A DNA stretch of 64,000 nt from an uncultured Solirubrobacteraceae bacterium (GTDB taxonomy: Bacteria; Actinomycetota; Thermoleophilia; Solirubrobacterales; Solirubrobacteraceae): contig CAWCOB010000001.1 of the NCBI GenBank assembly GCA_963797105.1, positions 200,270 to 264,269 on the forward strand. Reading direction: 5' to 3'. This document shows, in pieces, positions 32,090-41,932 of this stretch; position 1 is the stretch's first letter; every line of letters starts with the position of its first letter. The notes under the pieces were generated by a model, which ran no database searches, was not told where the DNA came from, and saw only the letters and a program-made list of their open reading frames with translations. The translations under genes and the position numbers were made by a program.

Positions 32090-33280
32090 GTGCTCGCCCT
32101 CGAAGTGCTCTTCTGGCTGTGCATCGGGCTGATCGTGTGGACGCAGCTCGGCTACGCGGCCGCGCTCGCGGCGCTCGCCCGCGTGCTGCCCGCCGCGGTG
32201 TCGGGGCCGCGCGAACGCAGGCGGCGGAGCCCGGAGGGCGAAGCCCCTAAAACATCGTCCCCCCCGTCCTCACCCCCGACCCTGTCGCTGATCGTGGCTG
32301 CGCACGACGAGCAGGAGGTGATCGCGGCGAAGGTCGCAAACGCGCTCGCGCTCGACTACCCGCGCGAGCGCCTGCAGGTGATCGTCGCGTGCGACGGCTG
32401 CACCGACGAGACCGCCGCGCGTGCGCGCGACGCGGGCGCTGACCTCGTGCTCGAGCTCCCCCGCGGCGGCAAGATCCGCGCGCAGGACGCCGCCGTCGAG
32501 CGCGCGAGCGGCGAGATCGTCGCGTTCTCCGACGCCAACGCGCTGTGGGAGCCCGATGCTGCGCGAGCGCTCATAGGCGCGTTCGCGGACCCGCGCGTCG
32601 GCTATGCGTGCGGGCAGGTGCGCTTCGTGCAGGCCGTCGCCGGCGGCGGCAACCAGGAGGGTGTGTACTGGCGCTACGAGCTCGCCGTGCGCGCGCTCGA
32701 GTCGCGGCTGTCGTCGATCACGGCCGGCAACGGCGCCATCTACGCCACGCGCCGCGACTCCTACATCGTCGTCGACCCGATCATGGGCCACGACCTGTCG
32801 CTGCCGTTCAACACGGTCAAGCGCGGCCTACGCGCCGTGTACGTGCCGCAGGCGCGAGCCAGCGAGAAGATGGTGCCGTCGCTCGCCGGCGAGTTCGCGC
32901 GCAAGCGGCGCATGATGAGCCACACCTGGCCGATCGTGCTGCGCGGTGGCATGCTCTCTCCCCGCGGCTACCCGCCCGGTTACGCGCTGATGATCCTCTC
33001 GCATCGCCTGTTGCGCTACGGCAGCGCGGCGCTGCATGCGGTCGCGCTCGCCGCCAACCTTGTGCTCGTCGCGCGCAGGGCCGGTGTGCTCTACGACGTC
33101 ACGCTCTCGCTGCAACTGGCGCTGTTGCTCGGTGCGGCGCTTGCCGGAGTGCTCCCCCTGCGGCCGCTCCTGATCTCGCGGTACTACGTGCTGACCACGG
33201 CCTCGCTTGCCGCTGGGTTCTGGGACTGGCTGTGCCACGGCACGGACGCGACGTGGACGGCGGCGGAGGGGACGCGGTGA
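32090..33280 (+). CDS. Membrane glycosyltransferase family 2
   Basis: AAHDE, DGCTD, FSDAN, NGAIYA, flanking TMs. Confidence 0.9.
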   Translation: MLALEVLFWLCIGLIVWTQLGYAAALAALARVLPAAVSGPRERRRRSPEGEAPKTSSPPSSPPTLSLIVAAHDEQEVIAAKVANALALDYPRERLQVIVACDGCTDETAARARDAGADLVLELPRGGKIRAQDAAVERASGEIVAFSDANALWEPDAARALIGAFADPRVGYACGQVRFVQAVAGGGNQEGVYWRYELAVRALESRLSSITAGNGAIYATRRDSYIVVDPIMGHDLSLPFNTVKRGLRAVYVPQARASEKMVPSLAGEFARKRRMMSHTWPIVLRGGMLSPRGYPPGYALMILSHRLLRYGSAALHAVALAANLVLVARRAGVLYDVTLSLQLALLLGAALAGVLPLRPLLISRYYVLTTASLAAGFWDWLCHGTDATWTAAEGTR

Positions 33281-33314
33281 GGCGCCGCGCGCGCCCGCTG
33301 CGAGAATCCCCGCC

Positions 33315-33908
33315 GTGATCCGCCGCGCCGTCGACATCGTGGTATCCGCGACGGCCCTCGTCGTTGCTTCCCCGGTCCTCGCGCTCGCCGCCCTCGCGAT
33401 CCGCCTGGAGACCCCCGGCCCGGTGATCTACCGTCAGCGCCGCAGCGGCCTGCACGGCCGCGAGTTCGACGTGCTGAAGCTGCGCACGATGGTCGACGGC
33501 GCGGAGTTCCAAGGCGCGGGCCTCGCGATCAACGAGAACGACTCGCGGATCACGCGCGTGGGCGCGTTGTTGCGCCGCACGTCGCTGGACGAGCTGCCGA
33601 ACCTGGTGAACGTGCTGCGCGGCGAGATGTCGCTGATCGGGCCGCGCCCGACGCTGCCGGCGCAGGTGGCGCAGTACACCGAGCGCCAGCGCGGCCGGCT
33701 TCAGGTCAAGCCAGGCATTACCGGCTGGGCGCAGGTCAACGGCCGCGCGACGCTGCCATGGTCGCAGCGGATCGAGCTGGACCTGTACTACATCGAGCAC
33801 CGCTCGCTCGCGCTCGACCTGCAGATCCTGCGCCGCACGATCGCGATCGTGCTGGGTGGCTCGGACCTGTACAAGGGCACGGCGGGCGGCTGGGAGGGCG
33901 AGCTGTGA
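33315..33908 (+). CDS. Priming phosphoglycosyl transferase (PglC/WcaJ-like)
   Basis: KLRTM, SLDELP, GEMSLIGPRP, KPGITGWAQV, DLYY. Confidence 0.93.
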   Translation: MIRRAVDIVVSATALVVASPVLALAALAIRLETPGPVIYRQRRSGLHGREFDVLKLRTMVDGAEFQGAGLAINENDSRITRVGALLRRTSLDELPNLVNVLRGEMSLIGPRPTLPAQVAQYTERQRGRLQVKPGITGWAQVNGRATLPWSQRIELDLYYIEHRSLALDLQILRRTIAIVLGGSDLYKGTAGGWEGEL

Positions 33909-34963
33909 GCGGCCCGGTCAGGACGCCCGCGCCGCTCCCGGGGGACCGCCCGGCGATCCTGCTGACGGGCACGGGCAAGCGCTACGACATCGTGTCGTGC
34001 TTCGCCGCGCAGACGTTGACGATCGCGGCGGACCCCTCGCCGCTGTCCCCGGCGCAGTACGCGGCGCACGTGCGCATCGCGGTGCCGCGCATGGACGACC
34101 CCGAATACGTACCGGCGCTCGAGGCGCTGTGCGCGGAGCATCGGGTCGGCGCGGTGCTGCCGCTGACGGATTTGGATATTGAGATCCTGGCGTGCGCGTT
34201 GGAGGAACAGCGGCTGCCGGCGCTAGTACCGGCCGCGGCGATAGCGCGCGCGACGTACGACAAGTACGAGACGCACCTGCTGCTCGAGCGGCTCGGGCTG
34301 CCCTCTCCGCCGACGGTCCTGCCTGACGAGGACCTCGACGCGCTCGACTACCCGGTGATGATCAAGCCGCGGCGCGGCTCGGGTGCGCGCTCGATCCACC
34401 TCGCACACGACGCTGCGCAGGCGCGCCTGTTCATCGATTACGTCGAGCGGCCGCCACACGCGACTCGGCCGAAGGGCCTTGCGGGCGGCGAGCCGGTGAT
34501 GGTGCAGCGCGCGATGGGCGGCGACGAGCTCTCGGTCGACTGCCTCGGCGACCGCGACGGGCGCTGCCTGAACGCGATCCCGCGCACGATGCTCGAGTCG
34601 CGCGGCGGCGAGTCGATCAAGGGCCAGGTGGTCCGTGACGAGGAGCTGATCGAGCTGGGGCGGCGCGTGATGGAGGCACTCGCGGTGCGCGGGCCGGCGA
34701 CGATCCAGGTGTTCCGCGACCCGGACATCGGCCTGGGCATCACCGACGTGAACACGCGCTTCGGCGGCGCCTTCCCGGCGCCCGCATACGCGGCGCTGCC
34801 CGGGCGCAGCTACCCGGAGCTGATCGTGCGCATGGCGGCCGGCGAGCGCGTCGAGCCGCACGTGGGGGAGTTCCGCGCGGGCGCGACGTTCACGCGCTAC
34901 TACTGGCAGCTCGAGCTCGACGAGCAGCTGCAACCGACGGGCCGCGAGATCGCCCGAAGGTAG
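33905..34963 (+). CDS. ATP-grasp protein
   Basis: DKYET, IKPRRGSGARSI, DVNTRFGGA. Confidence 0.85.
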   Translation: MSGPVRTPAPLPGDRPAILLTGTGKRYDIVSCFAAQTLTIAADPSPLSPAQYAAHVRIAVPRMDDPEYVPALEALCAEHRVGAVLPLTDLDIEILACALEEQRLPALVPAAAIARATYDKYETHLLLERLGLPSPPTVLPDEDLDALDYPVMIKPRRGSGARSIHLAHDAAQARLFIDYVERPPHATRPKGLAGGEPVMVQRAMGGDELSVDCLGDRDGRCLNAIPRTMLESRGGESIKGQVVRDEELIELGRRVMEALAVRGPATIQVFRDPDIGLGITDVNTRFGGAFPAPAYAALPGRSYPELIVRMAAGERVEPHVGEFRAGATFTRYYWQLELDEQLQPTGREIARR

Positions 34964-34974
34964 AATCGGAGACG

Positions 34975-36051
34975 ATGGCAACGCTGCTCGCCGACTCACC
35001 GCCTGCGCCTCCGAACGCGCAGGCGCAGCCGGACAGTTCGAACGGAGCCCCGGCCGGGCCTCCTGCGCCGCTGCCTGAGGCCGCGTCGGCAGGTCGCGCC
35101 TGCGGCCGCTGCGGTGCGGAGCTGGCAGCCGGCCAGGACTGGTGCCTGCAGTGCGGCTCCGGCGCGCCCGGCAGCCTCGGCACGCCGAGCTGGCGCCCGG
35201 CCGCGACCGTCTTCGTGCTCGTCGCCGCGCTCGTGCTGGGCGCCGCCGCCGCGGCGGTCGCGGCGCTGAGCAAGGGCAGCGCGAAGGCGCCGGTGGTGAC
35301 GAAGACGGTTGCCGCCGCGCCCGCGGCGAGCACCCCCACGACGACCGCTCCGACGACGCCTGGTGCCACCGTCACGACGCCCGAAGCCAAATCGCCGCTC
35401 GGGACGGTCAAACCGCCGAAGATCCCGCTCGCGGCGAGCACCCCCAAAGCATCCGAAACGACGAGCACCACGACGCCGTCCTCGCAAACCACCACGAGCA
35501 CCCCGACGACGAGCACGACTCCCACGAGCGGCTCGGGCGCGAGCGGCGAAAAAGCGAACGAAGAATCCCAGCAGGCGGCGATCGAGCTCGACACGAACGC
35601 CGCCAGCACGTACAACCCGTACGAATACCCCGCGAGCGAATTCGGCGATCCGAGCCTCGCGATCGACGGCGACCCGACGACCGCGTGGACCGCCGAGGTC
35701 AACCCGGCGACCGCGCCGAAGATGGCGGAGGGACTGCTGATCGACCTGAAGGCCCAGCAGAAGGTGGCGGTGCTCGAGCTGATCACCTCGACGCCCGGCA
35801 TGACCGTGCAGGTCTACGGCGCCAAGGGCAACCCCGCCCCGACCTCGATCACGGACCCGGCGTGGATCCCGCTCAGCGCTCCGAAGGCGATCAAGAAGAA
35901 GCACACGCGGCTCACGCTGCGCGACGCGAAGAAGGAGTTCACGTACATCACGCTGTGGATCAGCCAGGCGCCGCAGCCCGCCGCCGGCACGGCCGCGGCG
36001 CCCGCGCACGTGGACGTCAACGAAGTCGAACTCTTCCCGCCCAAGCCCTAG
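34975..36051 (+). CDS. Zn-ribbon + TM + Thr-rich linker + galactose-binding-like domain protein
   Basis: CGRCG...WCLQCG; TM; T/S/P-rich linker; AIDGDPTTAWT. Confidence 0.8.
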   Translation: MATLLADSPPAPPNAQAQPDSSNGAPAGPPAPLPEAASAGRACGRCGAELAAGQDWCLQCGSGAPGSLGTPSWRPAATVFVLVAALVLGAAAAAVAALSKGSAKAPVVTKTVAAAPAASTPTTTAPTTPGATVTTPEAKSPLGTVKPPKIPLAASTPKASETTSTTTPSSQTTTSTPTTSTTPTSGSGASGEKANEESQQAAIELDTNAASTYNPYEYPASEFGDPSLAIDGDPTTAWTAEVNPATAPKMAEGLLIDLKAQQKVAVLELITSTPGMTVQVYGAKGNPAPTSITDPAWIPLSAPKAIKKKHTRLTLRDAKKEFTYITLWISQAPQPAAGTAAAPAHVDVNEVELFPPKP

Positions 36052-36070
36052 CGCCGCGCGGCGCCGCCGC

Positions 36071-37003
36071 TCAGGCCGAGCCGCTGCGAGCGCGTTTGGG
36101 TGCCGCGCGCTTGCTCGTCGCGCGCTTGCTCGCAGTCCCCGCGCGCCGACCCCACACCTCGTCGAGGAACGCCGCGATCTCGCCGGTGAGCCGCTCCGGC
36201 TGCAGGCGCAGCTCCACCAGCGAGTTGGCCTCGAGCAGCCTGGCGTTGGGCATCTCCTTGGCGAGCATGCCCGCGTCGGAGAACGGGTGCACGGGGTCGC
36301 GCGGGTGGCCGAGCACGAGCGTCGGCGTGGTGAACGTCGCGCGCTCGCTGCGCGGCGGCGCGATGCGCCCGAAGAACAGGCCCTGCAGCAGCGCGCCGCC
36401 CGGCCCGGGCTCCTGGCGCACGAGGTCGAGCATGACGTTGCCGTAGTGCGGGAGCAAGCCGCGCGGCACCGCGCGCGTGGTGCGCGCGAGCAGCTTCATC
36501 ACGGGCTCGCCGAACGTCAACGCGACGAGCAGCGGCGTGAACGTCAACGCGCTCCACAGCAGGCCGTTGTCGAGCACCGGCATCTCGATCACGAGGCCGC
36601 GGAGTCGCTCGGGATGGCGCGCGGCGACCTCGAGCGCGGCGTTGGCGCCCAGCGAGGTGCCCATCACGGCCGCCTGCTCGATCCCGAGATGGTCCAGCAG
36701 CGCCACGATCTGCTCGCCGTAGTTGGCCATCGAGTAGCGCCACATGTCGCGCGGACGATCCGAGTGCCCGTGGCCGAGCAGGTCGAGCGTGATCACGCGG
36801 TTGCCGTGGGCGGCGAGGTCTTCGGCGAGCGGGCGGTGCATCTCCTGCGAGAGCAGCAGCCCGTGCAGCAGCACCAGCGGCCGTCCGTTTGCGGGCGCGC
36901 TGCGCGCCGTTCGCCCGCGCGCGCCGCGCGGACTGACCGCCGCGGGCCCGCCGCCGAACTCCGTGTAGGCGAGACGCTGCCCCTCGAACTTGAAGAACGG
37001 CAT
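36071..37003 (-). CDS. Alpha/beta hydrolase
   Basis: LLHG, DLLGHGHS, GTSLG. Confidence 0.88.
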   Translation of the reverse strand: MPFFKFEGQRLAYTEFGGGPAAVSPRGARGRTARSAPANGRPLVLLHGLLLSQEMHRPLAEDLAAHGNRVITLDLLGHGHSDRPRDMWRYSMANYGEQIVALLDHLGIEQAAVMGTSLGANAALEVAARHPERLRGLVIEMPVLDNGLLWSALTFTPLLVALTFGEPVMKLLARTTRAVPRGLLPHYGNVMLDLVRQEPGPGGALLQGLFFGRIAPPRSERATFTTPTLVLGHPRDPVHPFSDAGMLAKEMPNARLLEANSLVELRLQPERLTGEIAAFLDEVWGRRAGTASKRATSKRAAPKRARSGSA

Positions 37004-37096
37004 GGCTGGGACGATACTACGGGGAAGCTGGCTGGCTGGCCAAAGCGCTAGCTTTGCAAGAGGACTCTTCAGCCAGCCACCTTCAGGAGGGACACC

Positions 37097-37997
37097 ATGG
37101 CCAAGCAACCGCGCATCCTCGCGGGACAGACAGCCGCGATCACGGGCGCCGCGCGGGGCATCGGACGCGCGACCGCCGAAGCGTTCCTGCGCCAGGGCAT
37201 GCGCGTGGCGATCGGCGACGTCGATCTCGCGTCCGCGACCAAGACGGCGGACGAGCTCGGACCGGCGCGGTCGCGCTGCGAGCTCGATGTGACCGACCGC
37301 GCCTCCTTCGGCGCGTTCCTCGACGCCGCCGAGGAGCAGCTCGGGCCGATCGACGTGCTTGTCAACAACGCCGGGATCATGCAGATCGGGCGCTTCATCG
37401 ACGAGGACGACCTGACCGCGCGGCGCATGGTCGACATCAACGTGCACGGCGTCATCCTCGGCATGAAGCTCGCGCTCGAGCGGATGATCCCGCGCGACCG
37501 CGGGCACATCGTCAACATCTCCTCGCAGGCGGGCAAGTTCGGCGCCCCCGGCGGCGCGACCTACTCGGCGACCAAGCACGCCGTCGTCGGCCTCACCGAG
37601 GCCGTCCGCGGCGAGCTGCGGCTGATGGGCGCGAACATCGACCTCAGCTACGTGATGCCTGTCGTCGTCAACACCGAGCTCGGCTCCGGGCTCGGCTCGG
37701 TCCGCGGGATCCCTAGCCTGCGAGCCGACGGACGTCGCGGATGCGATCGTCGAGGCGCTGCAGCTCGGCATCGTCGACGTGTGGGTGCCCAAGTCCGTCA
37801 AACGCACGAGCATGCTCGTCTCGATGCTGCCGCGCGGCGTCGGCGAGGGGCTCAGCCGGGCGATCAAGGCCGACCGCGTGCTCGCGGGCGCCGACGCGAG
37901 CATCCGCCGCGACTACGAGCTGCGCGCGGCGCACTCCGAGCCGGGGCTCGAGCCGGCGCCCGAGCGCCCGCGCATCACGCAGTCGGCCGGGGAGTGA
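37097..37997 (+). CDS. SDR oxidoreductase (frameshift near 37720)
   Basis: TGAARGIG, NNAG, YSATK. Confidence 0.9.
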
Positions 37998-38066
37998 CAG
38001 CCGCACCTCGCCTCGCGCGAGCTGTCGTCGCGCTGCGCCGGGCCAGGGCGCAGCGTGGCGGATGGC

Positions 38067-38950
38067 TCAGCCGGCGGTGAGCCAGTCGGCGATCAGCGAG
38101 CCGATCAGCGGCCCCTGGTCCTCCTGCAGGAAGTGGCTCGCGTCCGCGATCGTACGCGGCGTCTCGCGCCCGATCGACTCGGCGAAGCGCTCGCCCGTCG
38201 ACAGCGGCAGCACCGGGTCGGAGTCCGCCCACAGCATCAGCGTCGGGCGGCGGTCCTCGCGCAGCGCCGCGTGCACGCGCTGGCCCGCCTCGGCTCCGGG
38301 CGCGTCGGGCGTGCGCGGGATCAGCAGCGGGAACGCGCGCGCGCCCGCCTTCGAGGCGGCGTCGGGATACGGGCGCGTCGTAGGCGGCGATCACCTCGTC
38401 GCCGGGGTCGGTCTTGCACGCGCCGCGCACGAGGAAGCCGACGGGCAGGTCCTCGGTGCGCGCGACGAAGTCGCGGAACGCGATCCACGCGTCGCTCATC
38501 TTCTGGTGGCCGGTGAACAGGCCGGTGTCGAGGATCACGATGCGCTCGATGCGCTCGCGCTGCTCGATCGCCAGGCGCAGCCCGATCGGCCCGCCCCAGT
38601 CGTGCACGACGACGGTCGCGCCGCGCACGTCCAGATCCTCGAGCAGCGTGCCCGCGAGCTCGCAGTGGCGATCGTAGGAGTAGAAGTCGATGTCGGTGGG
38701 CTTGTCCGAGCGCCCGAAGCCGGCGAGGTCGGGCGCGATGCAGCGAAAGCCGGCGTCGCGCACGGGCGGGATCACCTTGCGCCACAGAAACGACCAGGTC
38801 GGCTCGCCGTGGAAGAAGACGACCGGGGCGCCCTCGCCCTCGTCGAGATGCGCGAGCCGCAGCCCGTCGAGGTCGCGATAGCTGCGAGACGAAGGGAAAG
38901 TCGGGGAGCCCCTGCAGCGCCTCCTCGGGCGTGCGCGTGACCTCGCTCAT
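38067..38950 (-). CDS. Haloalkane dehalogenase (frameshifts near 38887 and 38370)
   Basis: HGEPTWS, GFGRSDKP, VHDWGG, HFLQED. Confidence 0.88.
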
Positions 38951-38981
38951 CAGGCGCCCAGCATACCGGCGGCCCGGCCCG

Positions 38982-39219
38982 TCAGAGCGCTCGCGAGGAG
39001 GTATGGGTGATCGACGAGCGGCGGGCGATCGTCACCTTGGCCCGCGAGAACCCGGCGTAGCTCTGGCGGTAGCCCCCGATGACAGGGTTGGCGCGGCGTT
39101 GCGCAAGCACCTCCTCGGAGCTCCTGTCAGCGATCGCGGCCGCGCGTCCGAGCGCCACGGCGAGCACCGCGCTGAACCCCAAGGCGCCTAGCGCTGAAGC
39201 GACGATGATGATGATGCAC
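38982..39219 (-). CDS. Small single-TM hypothetical protein (start unclear)
   Basis: IIIIVASALGALGFSAVLAVALG hydrophobic stretch after AAAGGGGG; no in-frame canonical start at that point. Confidence 0.4.
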
Positions 39220-39388
39220 CACCCCCTTTGCCCCTACTGGGCCAACTCCCACGACGACCCTCGCATACCGTCCGGACGGCGGTCCAGTCTTCGGCGCGCG
39301 AACATCTCGCTAACTCCGTAGGTTTCTGCGTCGGGAGGGCGATCTCCTCCCCCGCCAACCCGAGAACCCAACAGAAGGGAACGCGCAA

Positions 39389-40078
39389 ATGGACGTTCTG
39401 GCCCAACTCGACGAGGCACGCGCCGCGACCAACGTGCTCGAGCACCCGTTCTACCAGCGCTGGAGCGCCGGCGAGCTGAGCGCCGGCGAGCTCGACCTCT
39501 ATGCGGGCGAGTACCGGCAAGCGGTGGTGGCGCTGGCGGATGCCTCCGCCCTGGCCGCCGAGAGGGCGCGCACACAGGGCTCGACCTCGCCGGAGCCGGC
39601 GGGATACGCCGAGGGGCTGCGCCGCCACGCCGAGGAGGAGGCCGCGCACGTGGCGCTGTGGGAGCAGTTCGAGCGGGCCGCGGCATCGACGTCGCGCGCA
39701 TCGACGGACTCGCGGGCGGCGGCCGCGGAGCTCGAGCAGACGCGTGCGTGCGTGCGTGCGTGGACGGCCGGCGAGAGCCTGCTCGAGCACCTTGCGGTGC
39801 TTTACGCGATCGAGGCGGGTCAGCCCGCGATCTCGGCGACGAAGATCCGAGGGCTGACCGAGCACTACGGCTTCAGTGCGGAGGGCCCGGCTACGGAGTA
39901 CTTCCGCGTGCACGAGCTGCGCGACGTCGAGCACGCGCGCGAGGCGCGCGAGCTGATCGCGCGGCTGATGGCCGACTGCGAGGACCCCGAGGCGCAGGCC
40001 GAGCTGATGCTCGCACGCGCGCGCGAGGCGCTGCGCGGCAACTGGCTGCTGCTCGACGGCGTCGAAGCGGCGGCTTAA
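39389..40078 (+). CDS. CADD/PqqC/TenA-like heme-oxygenase-fold dimetal enzyme
   Basis: HPFYQRW, YAGEY, EEEAAH, LYAIE..QP.IS.TKI.GL, YFRVHELRDVEH. Confidence 0.85.
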   Translation: MDVLAQLDEARAATNVLEHPFYQRWSAGELSAGELDLYAGEYRQAVVALADASALAAERARTQGSTSPEPAGYAEGLRRHAEEEAAHVALWEQFERAAASTSRASTDSRAAAAELEQTRACVRAWTAGESLLEHLAVLYAIEAGQPAISATKIRGLTEHYGFSAEGPATEYFRVHELRDVEHAREARELIARLMADCEDPEAQAELMLARAREALRGNWLLLDGVEAAA

Positions 40079-40849
40079 GGGAGCGGCGACAGCGGCCGGG
40101 CCGACAGCCGCCACGCGAACAGCACGGCGGCGACGGAGGTCGCGAGGTTGAGGCTCGAGACGCCGGCGCGCATCGGGATGCTGACGCGCGCGTCGGCGCT
40201 CGCGAGCAGCTCCGCGCTGAGGCCATGGCGCTCGGTGCCGAACGCGAGCACCGCGCGCGCCGGCAGCGCGGAGGGCTCGAGCGCCTCGCCGTCGGGGTCG
40301 ATCGCGAGCAGCGGCCGCCCGGACTCGGAGAGCTGGGCGAGTTGCTCGAGGCGGGCGACGGGCACCGCGAAGTGCAGCCCGGCGGCGCCGCGCGATCGCG
40401 TCGGGGTGCCACGGGTCGTGGCTGCCGGTGGTGAGCACGCCGGCGGCGTCCGCCGCGGCGGCGACGCGCACGCAGGCGCCCATGTTGCCGAGGTCGCGAG
40501 GATCCTCGAGCACGACCACGGGCGCGTCGCGCGCATCGGCGAGCACGGCGCGAGGGTCGACTGACGGCCGCGCGGCGAGCGCCATCACGCCGGTGGCGGG
40601 CGCGAGCGGCGCGAGGCGCGCGAAGGTCTCGGCGTCGATCTCGCGCACGAGCTCGCGCAGGCGGGCGCTGAGATCTGGCGCGAGCTCGGCCGTCAGGCGC
40701 TCGAGCGCGCGCGCGTCGCTCGTGACCGCCACCAGCACGTCGGCGTCGAAGCGCAGCGCGTGCTTGAGCGGATGCAGGCCTTCGAGCACCGCGAGCCCGG
40801 GGTCGCGTCGCGCGCGACCGAAGCGCGGGATGAGCGATCCATCTTGCAC
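40075..40849 (-). CDS. TrmH/SpoU RNA methyltransferase (frameshift near 40393)
   Basis: LEDPRDLGNMGACVR, FGTERHGL, IPMRAGVSSLNLA. Confidence 0.88.
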
Positions 40850-40870
40850 TCGGGCGATAATGGCACCTCG

Positions 40871-41806
40871 ATGAGGCTCGAGGGCATCCACCACATCAGC
40901 GCGATCACGGGGGACGCCGCCGCGAACGTCCAATTCTACACGGGCGTGCTCGGTCTGAGGATGGTCAAGCGCACCGTCAACCAGGACGAACCGAACATGT
41001 ATCACCTGTTCTACGGCGACGAGCACGGCTCGCCGGGGATGGACCTGACGTTCTTCGAGTACCCGGGCGCGGCGCGCGGCGTCGCGGGCGCGGGCATGGT
41101 GCACCGGATCGTGTGGCGCGTCGGCTCGCGCTCGGCGCTCGAGTTCTGGATGCAGCGGCTGACCGCGAGCGGGGCTGACGCCGAGCTGACCGAGGACAGC
41201 CTGCTGTTCGCGGATCCGGAGGGCCTCGAACACGAGCTGGTGGTGAGCGCGGTCGCCGATGCGCCGCTGAGCGCCGAGTCCCCGGAGATCCCTTCCGAGC
41301 ATGCGCTGCAGGGGTTCGAGGGCGTGCGCGCCTACAGCAACGCGCCGTTTCGCAGCGAGCGGCTGCTGGGCGAGGCGATGGGCTTCACGCGAGGTGCGGG
41401 GGAGCACTGGGAGGTGCGCGGAGCGAGCCGCGGCGGCTTCTACGCGTATGACCCGGCGCCGCCCGAGATCAACCGCACGCAGGGTGCCGGCACCGTGCAC
41501 CACGTCGCGTTCGCGTCGGTGATGGAGGATCTCGAGGCGTGGCGCATGCGCGTGGCCGACGTGGGCGCGCGCCCGACGCCGGTGATCGACCGCTTCTACT
41601 TCAAATCGGTGTACTTCCTCGAGCCGAGCGGCGTGCTGTTCGAGCTCGCGACGATCGGACCGGGCTTCGCGGTCGACGAGGACGAGCGCCACCTCGGCGA
41701 GGGCCTGTCGCTGCCGCCGCCGCTCGAGCACCTGCGCGATCAGCTCGAGCGCACGCTGAGCCCGCTGCCGTATCCGCCCGCGTGGCGCGCCGCCGCCGAG
41801 GCTTGA
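40871..41806 (+). CDS. Ring-cleaving dioxygenase / VOC family (MhqO-like)
   Basis: GIHHISAI, KRTVNQD, YHLFYGD, VHHVAF, DRFYFKSVYF, FELAT. Confidence 0.92.
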   Translation: MRLEGIHHISAITGDAAANVQFYTGVLGLRMVKRTVNQDEPNMYHLFYGDEHGSPGMDLTFFEYPGAARGVAGAGMVHRIVWRVGSRSALEFWMQRLTASGADAELTEDSLLFADPEGLEHELVVSAVADAPLSAESPEIPSEHALQGFEGVRAYSNAPFRSERLLGEAMGFTRGAGEHWEVRGASRGGFYAYDPAPPEINRTQGAGTVHHVAFASVMEDLEAWRMRVADVGARPTPVIDRFYFKSVYFLEPSGVLFELATIGPGFAVDEDERHLGEGLSLPPPLEHLRDQLERTLSPLPYPPAWRAAAEA

Positions 41807-41932
41807 TCACGTTCGCGAAGCCTTGCGCAGTCGTGCACCCGCGCTCGCGCAAGCTTGCTCGCAAGCGGTGAGGACTCGTCCAACCGGCGTACAGCCGGTT
41901 CAGGCGTACGCCGGTATGGGCGATAAGTACGT

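Noticed and set aside
39330-39365. tRNA-like (..CCCCGCCA) or SRP RNA
   Set aside because: No T-loop or cloverleaf, and no SRP domain IV GGAA motif.
39743-39762. (CGTG)5 tract, plus (CCGT)4 at 16577 and G7-G8 runs at 20776 and 23128, as phase-variation switches
   Set aside because: Short tracts in very GC-rich DNA, frames intact, no evidence of length variation.
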